A stretch of 52,782 nt of DNA, counting the filler, from Catajapyx aquilonaris (Eukaryota), in the NCBI GenBank assembly GCA_000934665.2. It is 3 parts of 3 records of this genome, joined end to end, with 100 filler letters (N's around TTAATTAATTAA, not from the genome) between each part and the next. Parts side by side here need not be neighbours in the genome. Positions count along the whole stretch, not along the records: positions 17,552 to 35,255 come from JYFJ02006947.1; positions 35,356 to 52,782 come from JYFJ02006948.1; 1 more part is not named here. One strand, written 5' to 3'. The notes beneath the pieces were generated by a model. It made no database searches. It saw only the letters and a list, made by a program, of their open reading frames with translations, and was not told where the DNA came from. The position numbers and the translations under genes are program-made. This document shows, piece by piece, positions 26,537-38,622 of the stretch (the first letter of the stretch is position 1; every line of letters begins with the position of its first letter).

Positions 26537-27567
26537 TTAGGCATCTTTTTCAGCAGGCTGTTCTTCCGGTGCCTGTGCTTCAGCAAGGTGATCTTCAGAT
26601 GCTTGTGCTTGTGCTTCAGTCGATTGTTCACCAGACGTCAGTACTTCAGCCGTCTCTTCTTCAGATGCCACTTCCTTATGCTTCTTACCAATCGCTTCAG
26701 ATAGGCTGTAGTCAGACGGCCATTGCAGCCAGCTATGTGGTGATCCCGCTGTCGGTCTATCCTCTCCTGAAGCTGCCAGGTGTTCAGCTTCCGTCATCGG
26801 ACCTGCCACTTGCAGCTCCTGTGATGATGCTGATGATGGCCTGCTTGATTCACCCGAAGCGTCGCTGACGACTATGGCAGCAGCTCCTGGAGGGTTGTCC
26901 CCAGCAACCTCCTCTTGCACATCAGGCACCTGTTCCTGAGCCTGGATCTCCTGAAGCTGCTGATCCTTATCGTGAGATGGATCCTGCTCCTGAGGTAGGT
27001 CATCTCCAGGCTCCCTAGATGCGTCCTGCACATTGTACGACCCAGATGAAGCAGTCGTGACCACGGTCCTTCGTCGATTCCATGGCATACGCTGCCAAAA
27101 TCGACCTGCAAAAATGAGAGGTGAGTCACTCATTTCACTTTGTGTCAAATGCAGTACTTACGCATAGCTTGCACCAACGCTGCCCACATGCTGAGTCTGT
27201 CTCCGGTTTCCTCTTCGTCCTCTCTTTCAGTCAGCCTCTGCCAGAAGTTTCTGACCCGATCGGCCAGAGTGACCCCACCTGTCGTCTGAACTGCCACATC
27301 GACGCCGTTTACTTGCTGCACGGTAGGTTCAGTCGACTCTTGCGAAGCACTCTGACAACCATTCTTGTTATCAGAGGATTCTTCGTTGCTTGCTTTGTCG
27401 TTGGTCTGGTCCACAGCACCCAGCAGTACCTTCTCAGCTGCAGGAATAGTTCTCGGATTTTCTGGGAAGACTTCGGCAGCCTGCTCCTGGGCCTCGGGAT
27501 GTTGCTGCTGCGCTGTGTCCATCTCTTCTGGAGACTTCTCCGGGTTGTAGTAGACGATTGCACTCAT
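26537..27567 (-). CDS. Uncharacterised acidic, Q/E-rich protein (~324 aa); paralogue of 22886-24315
   Basis: Exons 27567-27162 and 27105-26537; 56-nt GT-AG phase-1 intron; VTLADRVRNFW and RMPWNRR motifs. Confidence 0.7.
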
Positions 27568-30147
27568 CTTGGGCGAGGAAGATCCTTTCAGGCTAACTGG
27601 CTGTCTGACACTGGCAGCTGGACCTCGCTGGCCTGCGCTTTTAAGCCTCAGGTTGAAGGGGAAACCCCCCCCCTTTGGACAGCACTTGCACAAATGGGAG
27701 GAGTTGGGCAAGTAAGTCCCATTTTTCAGAGTTTTTACACGCTATATTAAAAATGGATCCTGACCATTTGCATTTAAAAAATAATGCTGCAATAATATGA
27801 AATGCTGTGTGCATGTGATTTGTTCTACTCGAGGTGTAACTTACAGGTGGTAATTGCAATTTCTGGACATCAGCAAATCAACGCAGATTGTGAATAAGTC
27901 CAGTTTAATCACATGTTATTATTAGCTTGAACACAAGGTGTTCATTAGCCATTATACGAGTAGTTGGATATAGGCTCATTAAAAATTAATCCTTCTTAAT
28001 TAAGCAGATTCTTGGGCAGTCAGTAGATAACCATCGGATAAACTGAGAAAATGTGACTGGCAGTGATTGTGGCATTAAACCCGGTGGCATTCATCATGAC
28101 ATATTTTTTCAGCGCTGGATGATTCGGATTGCGTGAGAAGCAGAGCTATGTTAGAATTTAAGTGAGGGGGTGTTCGACTTTTGGAAAATAATTAGGTCAA
28201 ATACGCAGGCACAGGTAATCAATTATAGCCTATCATTATTACGACGCATGTGTAGATCGCAAAAATATATCTTCTACTCGTATTTAAATGCATTCCTCCA
28301 AGTCTTTATGACAAAAATGTGACTTGAAAAATCTAGTGCACTAAATTCAACAACTTCTGGCATAAGCTTACAAATAAAATAATAATTGTTCCACTTTTAC
28401 GATCACTTTCACATTTCGCACACATTTATTGCATACTGCTGCTGACTAAAAATAAATAACTCATATGGTTGAAATTTAAAACAATACAAAATTTTACATT
28501 TAATTAGGGACATTGCGCAAAGTAGGTCTACACGTACAAAGTAACATTATTTGACAATTATTGTGACAAGTTTAATTTTAACCGAATTGCTCGGCGGGAA
28601 ATGAAGCGTTTGCCATCTGTTGTTGGAAAATTAGACTTGAACCACATGGAGTCATCTGACTAAACCTCCACCCTGGAAAGGTTGGTACTGTACTACGACA
28701 CATGTTTGGAAACAATTCCCGAAGCTGAAGCACGTGTACAAAGCTTCTGCCAAAATATCTGCCACCCTGAATTAAACATAACCCTAAACACCTCTATATG
28801 CCTTCCCCAAAATAGAATCCAGAGCATGAAGACAACTAAAGTCATACCAGAATAGAGCGGTGCCAGCGAGGTGCTAGTCAAGTGTGGCTTATCTGCACTG
28901 CCCCATGGAGGACTTTTCATATCCCTGTGAGTTACACCAGTTCAGTTTAACGTGCAATCCGGAAATGATTGCCTCGACTTATTCACAGGCGTTTATTCAG
29001 TGTGCTGATTACAACATTTAGCTGACAGTTGTTTGCACAGGTAAATAAGAAAATATGTCATGCATGTTATGTATAGTGTGAAATACATGTGTGCAGCTCA
29101 AAATTAAACTCATTTATAAACTACTACGCCTGCAGATGCCTTGAGAAAAAAAATGAGCCATTTTTATTGCGTACTGTACACTGATCTGTTGTGTGTAATA
29201 ATTTGAGGCATCTAATGAACTTCATGATCATCCAGTGTATGTGTTAATAGTGTTATTGGTCAAAAAGAATATAGTGCACCCTTGAAAAACTTGGATGTGT
29301 TTTGCGTGATACAATAGGAGACTGCCAAATTTTCTTGGCAGGTCCTCCAACACCAAATGGTTCACGGAAATTATGCCAAGATTTTTCTCCCGTCCAATTG
29401 TATCGCGTCCAATTGCATCACGAGTGACGACACATACACGTCACACATTTGCTTGAGTCATGTGCAATAATGACGCCATTGATGATTCTGTTGGTTTCTA
29501 GTAGGCTACTAGGCTACGGCCCTACCTAAAATCAGTGCAGCAACGCCGAATATTAAAATTCTCAGTCACAGTGCTTTTATGGAAGGACATATTGGCAAGG
29601 AGGGTGTATCACAACAATTGGTTTCCTCTGCAAGTATTTTGGTTTCAAAAGATCACTGCCGACATGCCCTATGGTATTGGCAAGAGTATTTATGCTAAAA
29701 CGTTACATATTGCTGATAATCCAGTAATTGCAATGTAAAATCATTTAGAGAGTTTCTCTAACACCAAACATCATTGGCTAAATGATTGCAAATAGATGAT
29801 AAGATGACTGCTCAACAAGTTCACAATCATTATACCAGACTCGTATCTCTTTGTCCAGCTCCAAATTGTGCGACCACAGCACGTCCCGGCGTGGGCCAGC
29901 AGCATCAGTGGCATGAAACACAGGTAATCATTGCCCGATATTATGTCATAAGGCAGGCACATAATGTTTCCAAGAGGTCTTGAGTGCAGAACGTCATATA
30001 ATGTCAGTTATTTCTTGCGATGCATTTCCCTGACTGAATTGTAAATTTCTTAGGAAAAAAATGTTGATATTGTCATGCGGTACATCGATAACAAACCCAC
30101 ATTTTTGTTCCCTAGGCGCAAACGGGAGAGAAAAAGGAAATGTAAAG

Positions 30148-31309
30148 ATGGTCAACATCCACACAATACATGAGCATCTTCTGAAGAAAGGGAACAAAGA
30201 AAGGCACACTATTCCTAACCCCATCAAGTTCGTCATCGGAGGGTTATCCGGGTAAGTGCATCACATTCTTATAATGCCAGCACAGTGTTACGACTTACGA
30301 CAATGAGATGTTGCACCCCTATAGCATGGGGGCAACCCTGGTGGTAGACCCCCTGGAGCTGGTGAAGAACCGCATGCAGGTGAACACGGAGATAACCAAG
30401 GGCAAGCGCAGACGGACCATCAGCGTGACCAAAGACATCGTCCGCGAGGAGGGCTGGTCTGGACTGTACCGGGGTATGTCCGCCTCCCTCATGAGGCAGG
30501 CCACCTACACCACCACCAGACTCGGAGTCTACACCTACCTCTTCGAGAAGTTCTCCGGTCCGAACGGGGAACCCCCTAAATTCGCCACCAAAGCAGGGCT
30601 TGGGATGGCCGCGGGTGCCATCGGGGCCATCGCCGGCACCCCTGCTGAGCTGGTGCTGATCCGGATGACGGCGGACGGGTACCTCCCTCGAGAGGACAGG
30701 AGGAACTACACGGGGCTTGGGAACGCCTTGTCCAGGGTGGCCAAGGAGGAAGGGTTGGCCACCCTCTGGAGAGGCGTGCTTCCCACCATGTGGAGGGCCA
30801 TGGTGGTCAACGCCGCACAGCTCGCCTCATACTCACAGTGCAAGCAGATTCTCAACGACACAGGTTCGTATACTGCCTCCTTCTCTACACCGAATCTGTC
30901 TCTTTACAACCTCTATAAATCTCAGGGTTCTTCAGGGAAGGCATACTGCTTCACTTCCTGAGCAGCATGATCTCCGGAAGGGTGACCACAGCCATTTCTT
31001 TGCCGTTTGACATCGTCAAAACAAGGTAACGGACCATTCACTGGGCAGATTACTGCATAAGCAGCTGTTTTCAATGCCAGGCTGCAGAACATGAAGGAAT
31101 TCCGAGGGAAACTCGAGTACCACAGCGCCACGGACGTCCTGGTCAAGCTAGTGCGGAACGAAGGCTTCTTTTCTCTCTGGAAGGGATTCGGGCCTTATTA
31201 TGCCCGCCTGGCTCCGCACACTGTCCTCACCTTCATCTTCTTGGAGCAGCTCAACATTGGTTACAAAGTTTTAGTATATGGAGACACCGGGGGAGTGGAC
31301 GATATCTGA
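30148..31309 (+). CDS. SLC25A11: Mitochondrial 2-oxoglutarate/malate carrier (SLC25 family), 323 aa
   Basis: Exons 30148-30251, 30325-30863, 30926-31025, 31081-31309 in phase; three Px[DE]xx[KR] signature positions; RQATYTTTRLG, RAMVVNAAQLASYSQ and YARLAPHTVLTFIFLEQ match OGC. Confidence 0.93.
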
Positions 31310-31768
31310 CACTTCTTTTACCTGGTGGTGTGTAACAGTTTTGCATTGCGTCCAATACTTTCGAAGAGCAATTAATATTGCTAGGACACTAGTCATATAT
31401 CTTAGATTATTCTCATGCTGACAGATGAACCTGAATATCTTGTAAACTGTGATAAAAGTTCTGTGTATGCAGTTGTTTATGTACACAAATATGACGCTGG
31501 CCATGACAAAAATCAGGCAGAGGGTTTTAACTTGTAATACACTACTTACTGCCCAATGACATTTGCTCAGACAATATAATAATATCCTATAATAATGCCG
31601 AGTCCTAAAATACTTTCATATGCCATGTCCTGGGAAACACCTCAGAGGTCATGCTGTGGACCCCTGCCCTGCTCGAACAGAGAACCCTTTTTCATGCGGA
31701 CAGAGCTACAAGAAGTTCTCCCTGTGTTCCAGAGGTTTTCTCTGGGTTTTTCTGTTTCTTTCCATTGC

Positions 31769-32727
31769 CACAGTGATTCGGATCCAGGTAAAACATGGTC
31801 AAAATGTATTTTTCGAAATATGTGATTTTGAGCCAAAATCGAGTTATTCACATTCACAAATGTCCAGTCCATCACATAGAATACAATTGATCACTCAATC
31901 TTGTGGCAAATGTCTGCAGCGCTAAGTGAGAGTTGGGACTACTCGCGCAGCTTACGAACTCTGCGAGAAGCCATGTATACCTACCCTTTTTTGCGTTCTC
32001 AAAAGACAGGAATATTTTCAGTGAAAGAAATTAATTTTTTTCCTACGTCAGCTGTTATCCTTACGTTTACTTTAAACACATATATGTCAGGTTAAAGTCA
32101 AGTGTAGGGCTTTAAAAAATGTGTTCGTGATGCCGTGTGATAGTCAAAAACACGTGCGCATCTTTTCGTATTTGTCGAAAGGACCTGTTTGGCATTCTTC
32201 ATGAACAAGCAGGGGCAGGTCGTGCACAGAAGCAAACATACCTGGAGAATTATTATTTGATCAGGAAACTGCACCTTGAAGAGTCTGATCAAAGGAACAA
32301 TGAGATACACATTTTTGTGTCGAAATTGTGCAAGCTTCCAGGACAGCAGTGAGAGAAGTAAGAGGAGAAAAACAGAAGATCTTAGAAAATCTTCCAGTGC
32401 AGAAGAATTGTCCTTTGCAGCCCAAATGAAGCAGGGAGAGGAAGGCAACGAGGCTGCTGCCAAATTAATGAGTGAAACATTTAACTATAGATAAAACTTA
32501 TATGGATTTAAATTTAGCACCCTAATAAACCTAGGACAACACTTGTTAAGAAATCAGAGAAGTTTTCAATTTTATATCCGCCATCTTGGACCAGTCATTT
32601 TGAATTTCATACACCTGACTTCAGATTCGGATTCAGCAACCTTGCAAACCCCAATTTCCAAATTTTCATGTAAATACAACAACCTTGGACATTTTGACCA
32701 CGTTTTACGTCGATCTGAATCACTGTG
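31769..32727 (+). mobile_element. Internally deleted Transib-like transposon relic
   Basis: ~39-bp TIRs CACAGTGATTC(G/A)GATC...GTAAAAC(A/G)TGGTCAAAATGT; internal fragment SERSKRRKTEDLRKSSSAEELSFAAQM resembles Transib transposase N-terminal region; 5-bp TSD not preserved. Confidence 0.7.
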
Positions 32728-32835
32728 GCGGCGGCTCTTTAGGGGGGAAATTTTTGTTTTGACTGGAACTCTTTGCTTTCATTTTATTTGCTTTTTGGGA
32801 TAGGATAGGGACGGAAGGAAGCGGCTGTGGCCTGT

Positions 32836-32956
32836 TTTTTATACCACGTGAATTTTCATACCACGTGAATTTTTATACCACGGATATTATCATACCACGG
32901 ATATTTTCATACCACATGAATTTTTATACCGCGGATATTTTTATACCACGTGAATT
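32836..32956. repeat. 17-bp tandem repeat, ~7 copies (ATACCACGTGAATTTT[CT])
   Basis: Directly visible; preceded by a short fragment similar to the 4933-5230 SINE at ~32800-32840. Confidence 0.8.
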
Positions 32957-32958
32957 AA

Positions 32959-34029
32959 ATGATCAAGTGGCTTCGCTTGTGTTGTCCATCCCGGCAGCCC
33001 CCACCCTACACACCCCATAGTCCCTACATTTGTCTTATACCAGGGAGTTCCATTCTCAAACCTAATAGCCCCCCAGTTAATCGCCTCCAGAATTTAAACT
33101 ATAGATCCAATAAATTCACCAGCACATGCAAATGAATCGGCACACTTTTTAGGGCATTTCCAATGGTTTGTTGCAGCCTGACCTTTGACCTGAAAGGTCC
33201 TAATATTAGGTTTTTGGTCTGTGGCCAGGCCCTACCTCGGTCTCCATCTGTCGGGTCTCTCGCAATGAGACTACAGAGCACAGTACTTAGATATACAGTA
33301 TATTTCTCGATGTGAGGTAGTATGCCCCTAGCCAAACGTAGTGGCAGGTATCATTATCTATGAATGTGACGTAGGCGAGTGGTCACCTACTCCTTGGGGT
33401 CATCAGGACGGGCATGCGGCATCACTGTTTCGTGGCATTGCTGTATGGATTATTAAAATAATAAATTCCAACCAGCTTCTGCTGTGCGTGGAGATGCGCA
33501 TATCGTCGACGCGGTTTGAGATAGGCAAATTTTGGTGTAGGCTTGGCCGCCTTCCTGTCTCTTTGACCCGTGCTTTGACCTTACATATTCCCCCCTTTCC
33601 ACCACCGCCCCGCTACCCACAAGGACAGGCGGACTGCTACATTTGGCTAGCAGGCTAGGGGCATACTACCTCACATCGAGAGATATACTGTATATCTATG
33701 TACTGTGCTCCGTACAGTCTCATTACGAGAGACCCGACAGATGGAGACCGAGGTAGGGCCTGGCCACAGACCAAAAACCTAATATTAGGACCTTTCAGGT
33801 CAAAGGTCAGGCTGCAACAAACCATTGGAAATGCCCTAAAAAGTGTGCCGATTCATTTGCATGTGCTGGTGAATTTATTGGATCTATAGTTTAAATTCTG
33901 GAGGCGATTAATTGGGGGGCTATTAGGTTTGAGAATGGAACTCCCTGGTATAAGACAAATGTAGGGACTATGGGGTGTGTAGGGTGGGGGCTGCAGGGAT
34001 GGACAACACAAGCGAAGCCACTTGATCAT
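32959..34029. mobile_element. Foldback element with ~375-bp near-identical inverted arms and TTAA flanks
   Basis: Left arm 32959-33333 and right arm 33654-34029; the duplicate ORFs 33099- and 33698+ come from the arms. Confidence 0.85.
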
Positions 34030-35255
34030 TTAATTGACTTTTTTAATTTTTGACTTTTTTCTTCGAAAAAAGTGACCGCCCCCTCCCATTAAGCAGGTGT
34101 CTTAAAAATTGCCAAAAAAAGTATCTAAAAATATGAACGTGGATCAGTTAAAAGAGAGCATAATAACTTAATAATGCCGACTGCTTGAAACATTTATTAT
34201 GCACATTTAATGGGAGGTTCCTGGTTACAATTAAGCATTGCGAATGGTTCAACGAGATTGATAGTATACCTGATGCAGTTGTGAACTGGGTTGTCTGAAA
34301 ATCAGGTATGACGCACATTATCTAGATTCAATTTTTCTGCCATTATTAGCTCCATATTAGCCACTAGACCAATGCAACACATGACAAATATCTACTGCAT
34401 ATGCGCGGGGTAATTAGCTAGTACTGTAATAGAGGCCAATGTTTAACTCGAACGAATACTCGAGTAACGGATTTTAATGTTTAGATGCCAATGACATGCT
34501 ATAAAATTGAAGCCTTTTTGATTCTAAATTTCCTTAATAATATACTGTACTTGCCTCCCTGAAGACCTGGCACACCGAAATTACTCGTAATTGACCTGGA
34601 ATCTCAACGAGGAAGAATTTATTGAGGGATAATTAAGGTTCTTTATTAGCAAGCTTGTTTTTGTTTTTTCCGATCCACAGATATATTATATCACATTATA
34701 TGAAAAAAGTTAGTCTGTTTAATCGCACATACGTATAGATGTAGATTCTGCTAGGTATGACGGTGATGACGGTGCTTCAATATTCCTTCGAGAGTTCCTC
34801 TCTGCATTATTTTCTTGCTCCTCCTCCAGGGGGTTTATGTGAACAGGAGCTCTGTCCTGCATCTGAGAAAGAGAACATGTAGTTGTGAAACTATTGGTCG
34901 TCACTCACTTTATAGAGACAGAGACATTAAATAGGACGTTTGAAATCGTAGATTCGGTTATGCTGAAGTAAAAAAAGGCGTATTTATTAGTATAATAGTG
35001 TGTATTGTACACAGCCTATACAGAGCATCTATGCCCTTCTTTTGGAGATTTGGACATGGTGTCACCCTACATGAAATTATGTTCAATATTATGTGTTATG
35101 AACATGTTCATAGGTCTCCTCGTAATGAAGCAATAACTCCTACGAAGTGGGGGTGTATCCAGGGCCACCTAGAGACAAGGCCGGGGCGCGGGAACGGGTG
35201 GATCGCTGTGACGTCACGCTAGGGGGCTAGCTTTTCCATAAGCGGGCTATGGCGG

Positions 35256-35355
35256 NNNNNNNNNNNNNNNNNNNNNNNNNNNNNNNNNNNNNNNNNNNNT
35301 TAATTAATTAANNNNNNNNNNNNNNNNNNNNNNNNNNNNNNNNNNNNNNNNNNNN
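35256..35355. other. Artificial contig linker (44 N + TTAATTAATTAA + 44 N)
   Basis: Same structure as 17452-17551. Confidence 0.9.
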
Positions 35356-35506
35356 CGAGCCAACTTCCAGGAAGTCGGCCAACTTGGCCAACTTCTGAGC
35401 CGTGGCCTGGCCGTGGCCGTTGCCGTGTGAACCGTCGCGGCCTCGACCAGCCCCGGCTAAGGTTGGCCCGTCTGGACGGCCCCAATGTCCAACCTGCATT
35501 TCTCAC

Positions 35507-35701
35507 CTGGTTCTGCTTTCCTCCGTCTTGGTCACTTCCACTCCCTGCCTGCTCCTCCTCCTCTGGCTCCACCTTGACCCTGTCCCACTCGGAGTGAGTG
35601 AAGCTGTGTGCCCTCAGATCAATCCTCCTCTTGAAGACCTTGTCTGGACAGGACGGGCAGGGGAATCTCGGCCGGAATCTCCGCAATTCCATCATGTCCA
35701 T
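35507..35701 (-). CDS. Partial C2H2 zinc-finger exon, truncated by the contig end
   Basis: CPSCPDKVFKRRIDLRAHSFTH fits C-x2-C-x4-F-x5-L-x2-H-x3-H, followed by VKVEPEEEE; CAG|GTGAGA donor at 35506. Confidence 0.45.
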
Positions 35702-35920
35702 GTCTGATGGAATGGGTCTCTGTACGACGAGTGTCCTTCTTCAGCTGCTCTGCTGGCGCAACACGCCTTGTCTGGAATGAGAAGAATGAATGAGCAGTCT
35801 CCACAGCCTGATTCCCCTGCCCCCAACCCAGCCACCAGACCCACCTCCAATAACTCACCCTCGTCGGCACCTTTCCTCCTCCAACAAAGTGCCCTACAAC
35901 AATCGTCCTCCAAACCAGAT

Positions 35921-37543
35921 GAATTGATGACTTTCCAGTTGCACGCCCCTAGCGGCCAAATTTGGCCTGCCATCAAAATGGCGGCGTTAGTTATGCAGAG
36001 GCGGGATTTTCCTATCCCTGCCCATGTTAAATGGCCTCTGCTTGCTCGCCTCTGGGGGTCTGGCCCCGGGGCAGATTCTGTTGACATATTTTTTTGTGGA
36101 GTGAAGAGGTTCCTGGCCTGCCCTCACCAGGTTCCAAAAGTTAATTGGCCCCCGGGCGGACCGCCCCCGGAGTTATTTCGTGAATGGTGATCGCGCTTTT
36201 CTCATTGCTGTCCGGGCTCCGATTGTCTGCGTCTTGTGGTCTGGCCCCGGGGCAGACCTTGGTGAGATTTTTTTTGTAGTGAGGAAGCTCCCGCCCTCTC
36301 GGGTTCCAAAACTTAATTGGCCCCGTGGCGGACTGCCCCCGGAGTGATTTCGTGAGTGCGAGTTTCTCATTACTATAATATTCTTTATTGTCCGCGTCTG
36401 ATGATTTTGCCCCGGGGAAGATCTTGGTGGTTATTTTTTTTTGAGTGAACATAGACCGGACTTTACCAGGTGCCTGAAGTGAATCGGCCCCGAGGCGAAG
36501 TGCCCCCGGACCCGGAGTGATTTTGTTATAGTAGTGACAAGCTTTTCTCATTATTATCTGGGCTCCGATTGTCCGCATCTGGTGGTTTGACCCCGTGGTA
36601 GATCTTGCTGAGCATTTTAAAAATGGTTCCACTAATTTCATAAATTACAGTGTCACATTACACTCCCAGCATAACAGAACTGTTGCAAAAATGTGCACGT
36701 TTACGGTACAATCGTATCGCAAACATTCATTAGAACATATGACAGATTTTTTTTTTTTAATGAGCAAGCTACAAACTCACACAAACATAGTCAAAAGGGT
36801 TCATCCTCAGCAAGATCTGCCCCGGGGCCAAACCGCCAGACGCAAACAATCGGAGCCCAGATATACGTAATAATGAGAAAAGCGCGGTCACCACTGTTGT
36901 AATACAGAGCCGCCTAGCGGGCGAGATGATGTATCACCAGAGAGAAACCCATCCAGAGTCAGACAATAATAGACCTCCTCCTGATCAGACACACTCACCC
37001 TCACATCCCTCCGCCAATATCCAAATGTATCAAGTTATTGTCATTAATGCATCTCAGTGATTATTACATCTCAAGTGCTTGTTACTTACCACACTACAAC
37101 AACCACCATAAAAGAAAATCACTCCGGGTCCGGGGGCACTTCGCCTCGGGGCCGATTCACTTCAGGCACCTGGTAAAAGGGAAGGTCCGGTCTCTGGTCA
37201 CTCAAAAAAAACCCCAGCAAGATCTGCCCCGGGGCCAAACCATCAGACGCGGACAATAAAGAGACCGGATATTAGTAATGACGAGAAACTCGCACTCACA
37301 AAATCACTCCGGGGGCCAATTAACTTTTGGAACCTGGTGAGGGCAGGCCAGGAACCTCCTCACTCCAGAAAAAAATATGTCAACAGAATCTGCCCCGGGG
37401 CCAGACCCCCAGACGCGAGCAAGCAGAGGCCATTTAACATGGGCAGGGATAGGAAAATCCCGCCTCTGCATAACTAACGCCGCCATTTTGATGGCAGGCC
37501 AAATTTGGCCGCTAGGGGCGTGCAACTGGAAAGTCATCAATTC
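35921..37543. mobile_element. Foldback element with ~230-bp TIRs and internal repeated modules, possibly Mutator-like
   Basis: GAATTGATGACTTTCCAG...CTGGAAAGTCATCAATTC; repeated GCCCCGGGGCAGA module in both orientations; flanks CAAACCAGAT and CAATCCTGTT match 7/10. Confidence 0.75.
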
Positions 37544-38622
37544 CAATCCTGTTCCATAAAAATGCCAAAATGGCGTCTGTGGATCCGTAGGTCGAATGAA
37601 ACGCAGCTGCTCCGTGTCAAGCAGGGCCAACTAACTATTATTATTATTATCATCTCAACTGCGATAGCTATTTTCCCCACTGGCTATTTCTGTGACGTCA
37701 CTAGAAAAAAAGATGGCCTCCACTTGATAGTGTTCCGAACATTGGTTCCGAAGATCAGACCCGGTGGATCGGTTGTTCTGTTTGGTGATCACTCAGCAAG
37801 TTCCAGTGCTGGTGAGTTGCGTAGTTGAAGCGGGGGATGATCTCGCTCTAATCATATCTGTGGTTGTGTAGTCTTTGGCAGGCTGCGCTACCCTTCGGTC
37901 TGGTTGGTTGCCCCCTGGTTGGAACCAGCCTAGTAGAGAAGAGGGGAGAGTGTGAGACTGTTGCAGCAACTGCATACGCAAGGGACAACTAGACCTTCTG
38001 GGTGTATCCGAAGCAGCACTGAGAGGTGAGGAGAGGGAGTTGGTGAGAGTCGCTGGAACACGGCGGATTCAAGCCGGACCCAGGCGTTGCAAACGTGGAC
38101 AAAGGATGGATATATTGTAGGGGCACATGGAATGTGTCAAACTGTAATCCGTAAGCAGCTGATGAGGTGAATGGTCCAGACTTAATTCCAGCGGAAATGT
38201 TGCGGATTCCTGTCGCATTATGTCAGCACTGCCGCACCAGCCGCTTCGTCGCATGCACATAAGCACGTTTGTGGCCTACAACTTCCCACACTTCATCCTT
38301 CCTCCACATTTGCAACCCAATGGTGGTCAGGGTTCCGCTAATTAGCACAGCTAACTTTTTGGCCAGCTGATAAGCTTTTTCGCTAACTTTGTAAAGCTCT
38401 AGTGGACCAATTAGCTTCTGCTAAGTTTAGTTCTGCTAAATGTAAGCTCGCTAACAAAATTCATACGTGTTCCTGTCTTGCTGTCTGTTATTTTATGAGC
38501 AGGGTTGCCACGTCTTCCCACTTGCCAGTTCAGGTGGGTGCGAGCAGGCGGAGCAAAATGTTGGTCCTTAGTTTTGAAGAGACTCAATTGGCACAATCAA
38601 GGCCAAACATCACAGTTCATAA

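Noticed and set aside
26296..27750. Long plus-strand ORFs of 190 and 209 aa (also 22849-23325)
   Set aside because: Antisense shadows of minus-strand exons that have proper splice signals and paralogy
32836..32956. CRISPR-like array
   Set aside because: Head-to-tail repeats with no unique spacers, eukaryotic context, no cas genes
35692..37630. ORFs of 100-166 aa inside the foldback element
   Set aside because: Mirror-image ORFs from GC-rich inverted arms with no domain signal
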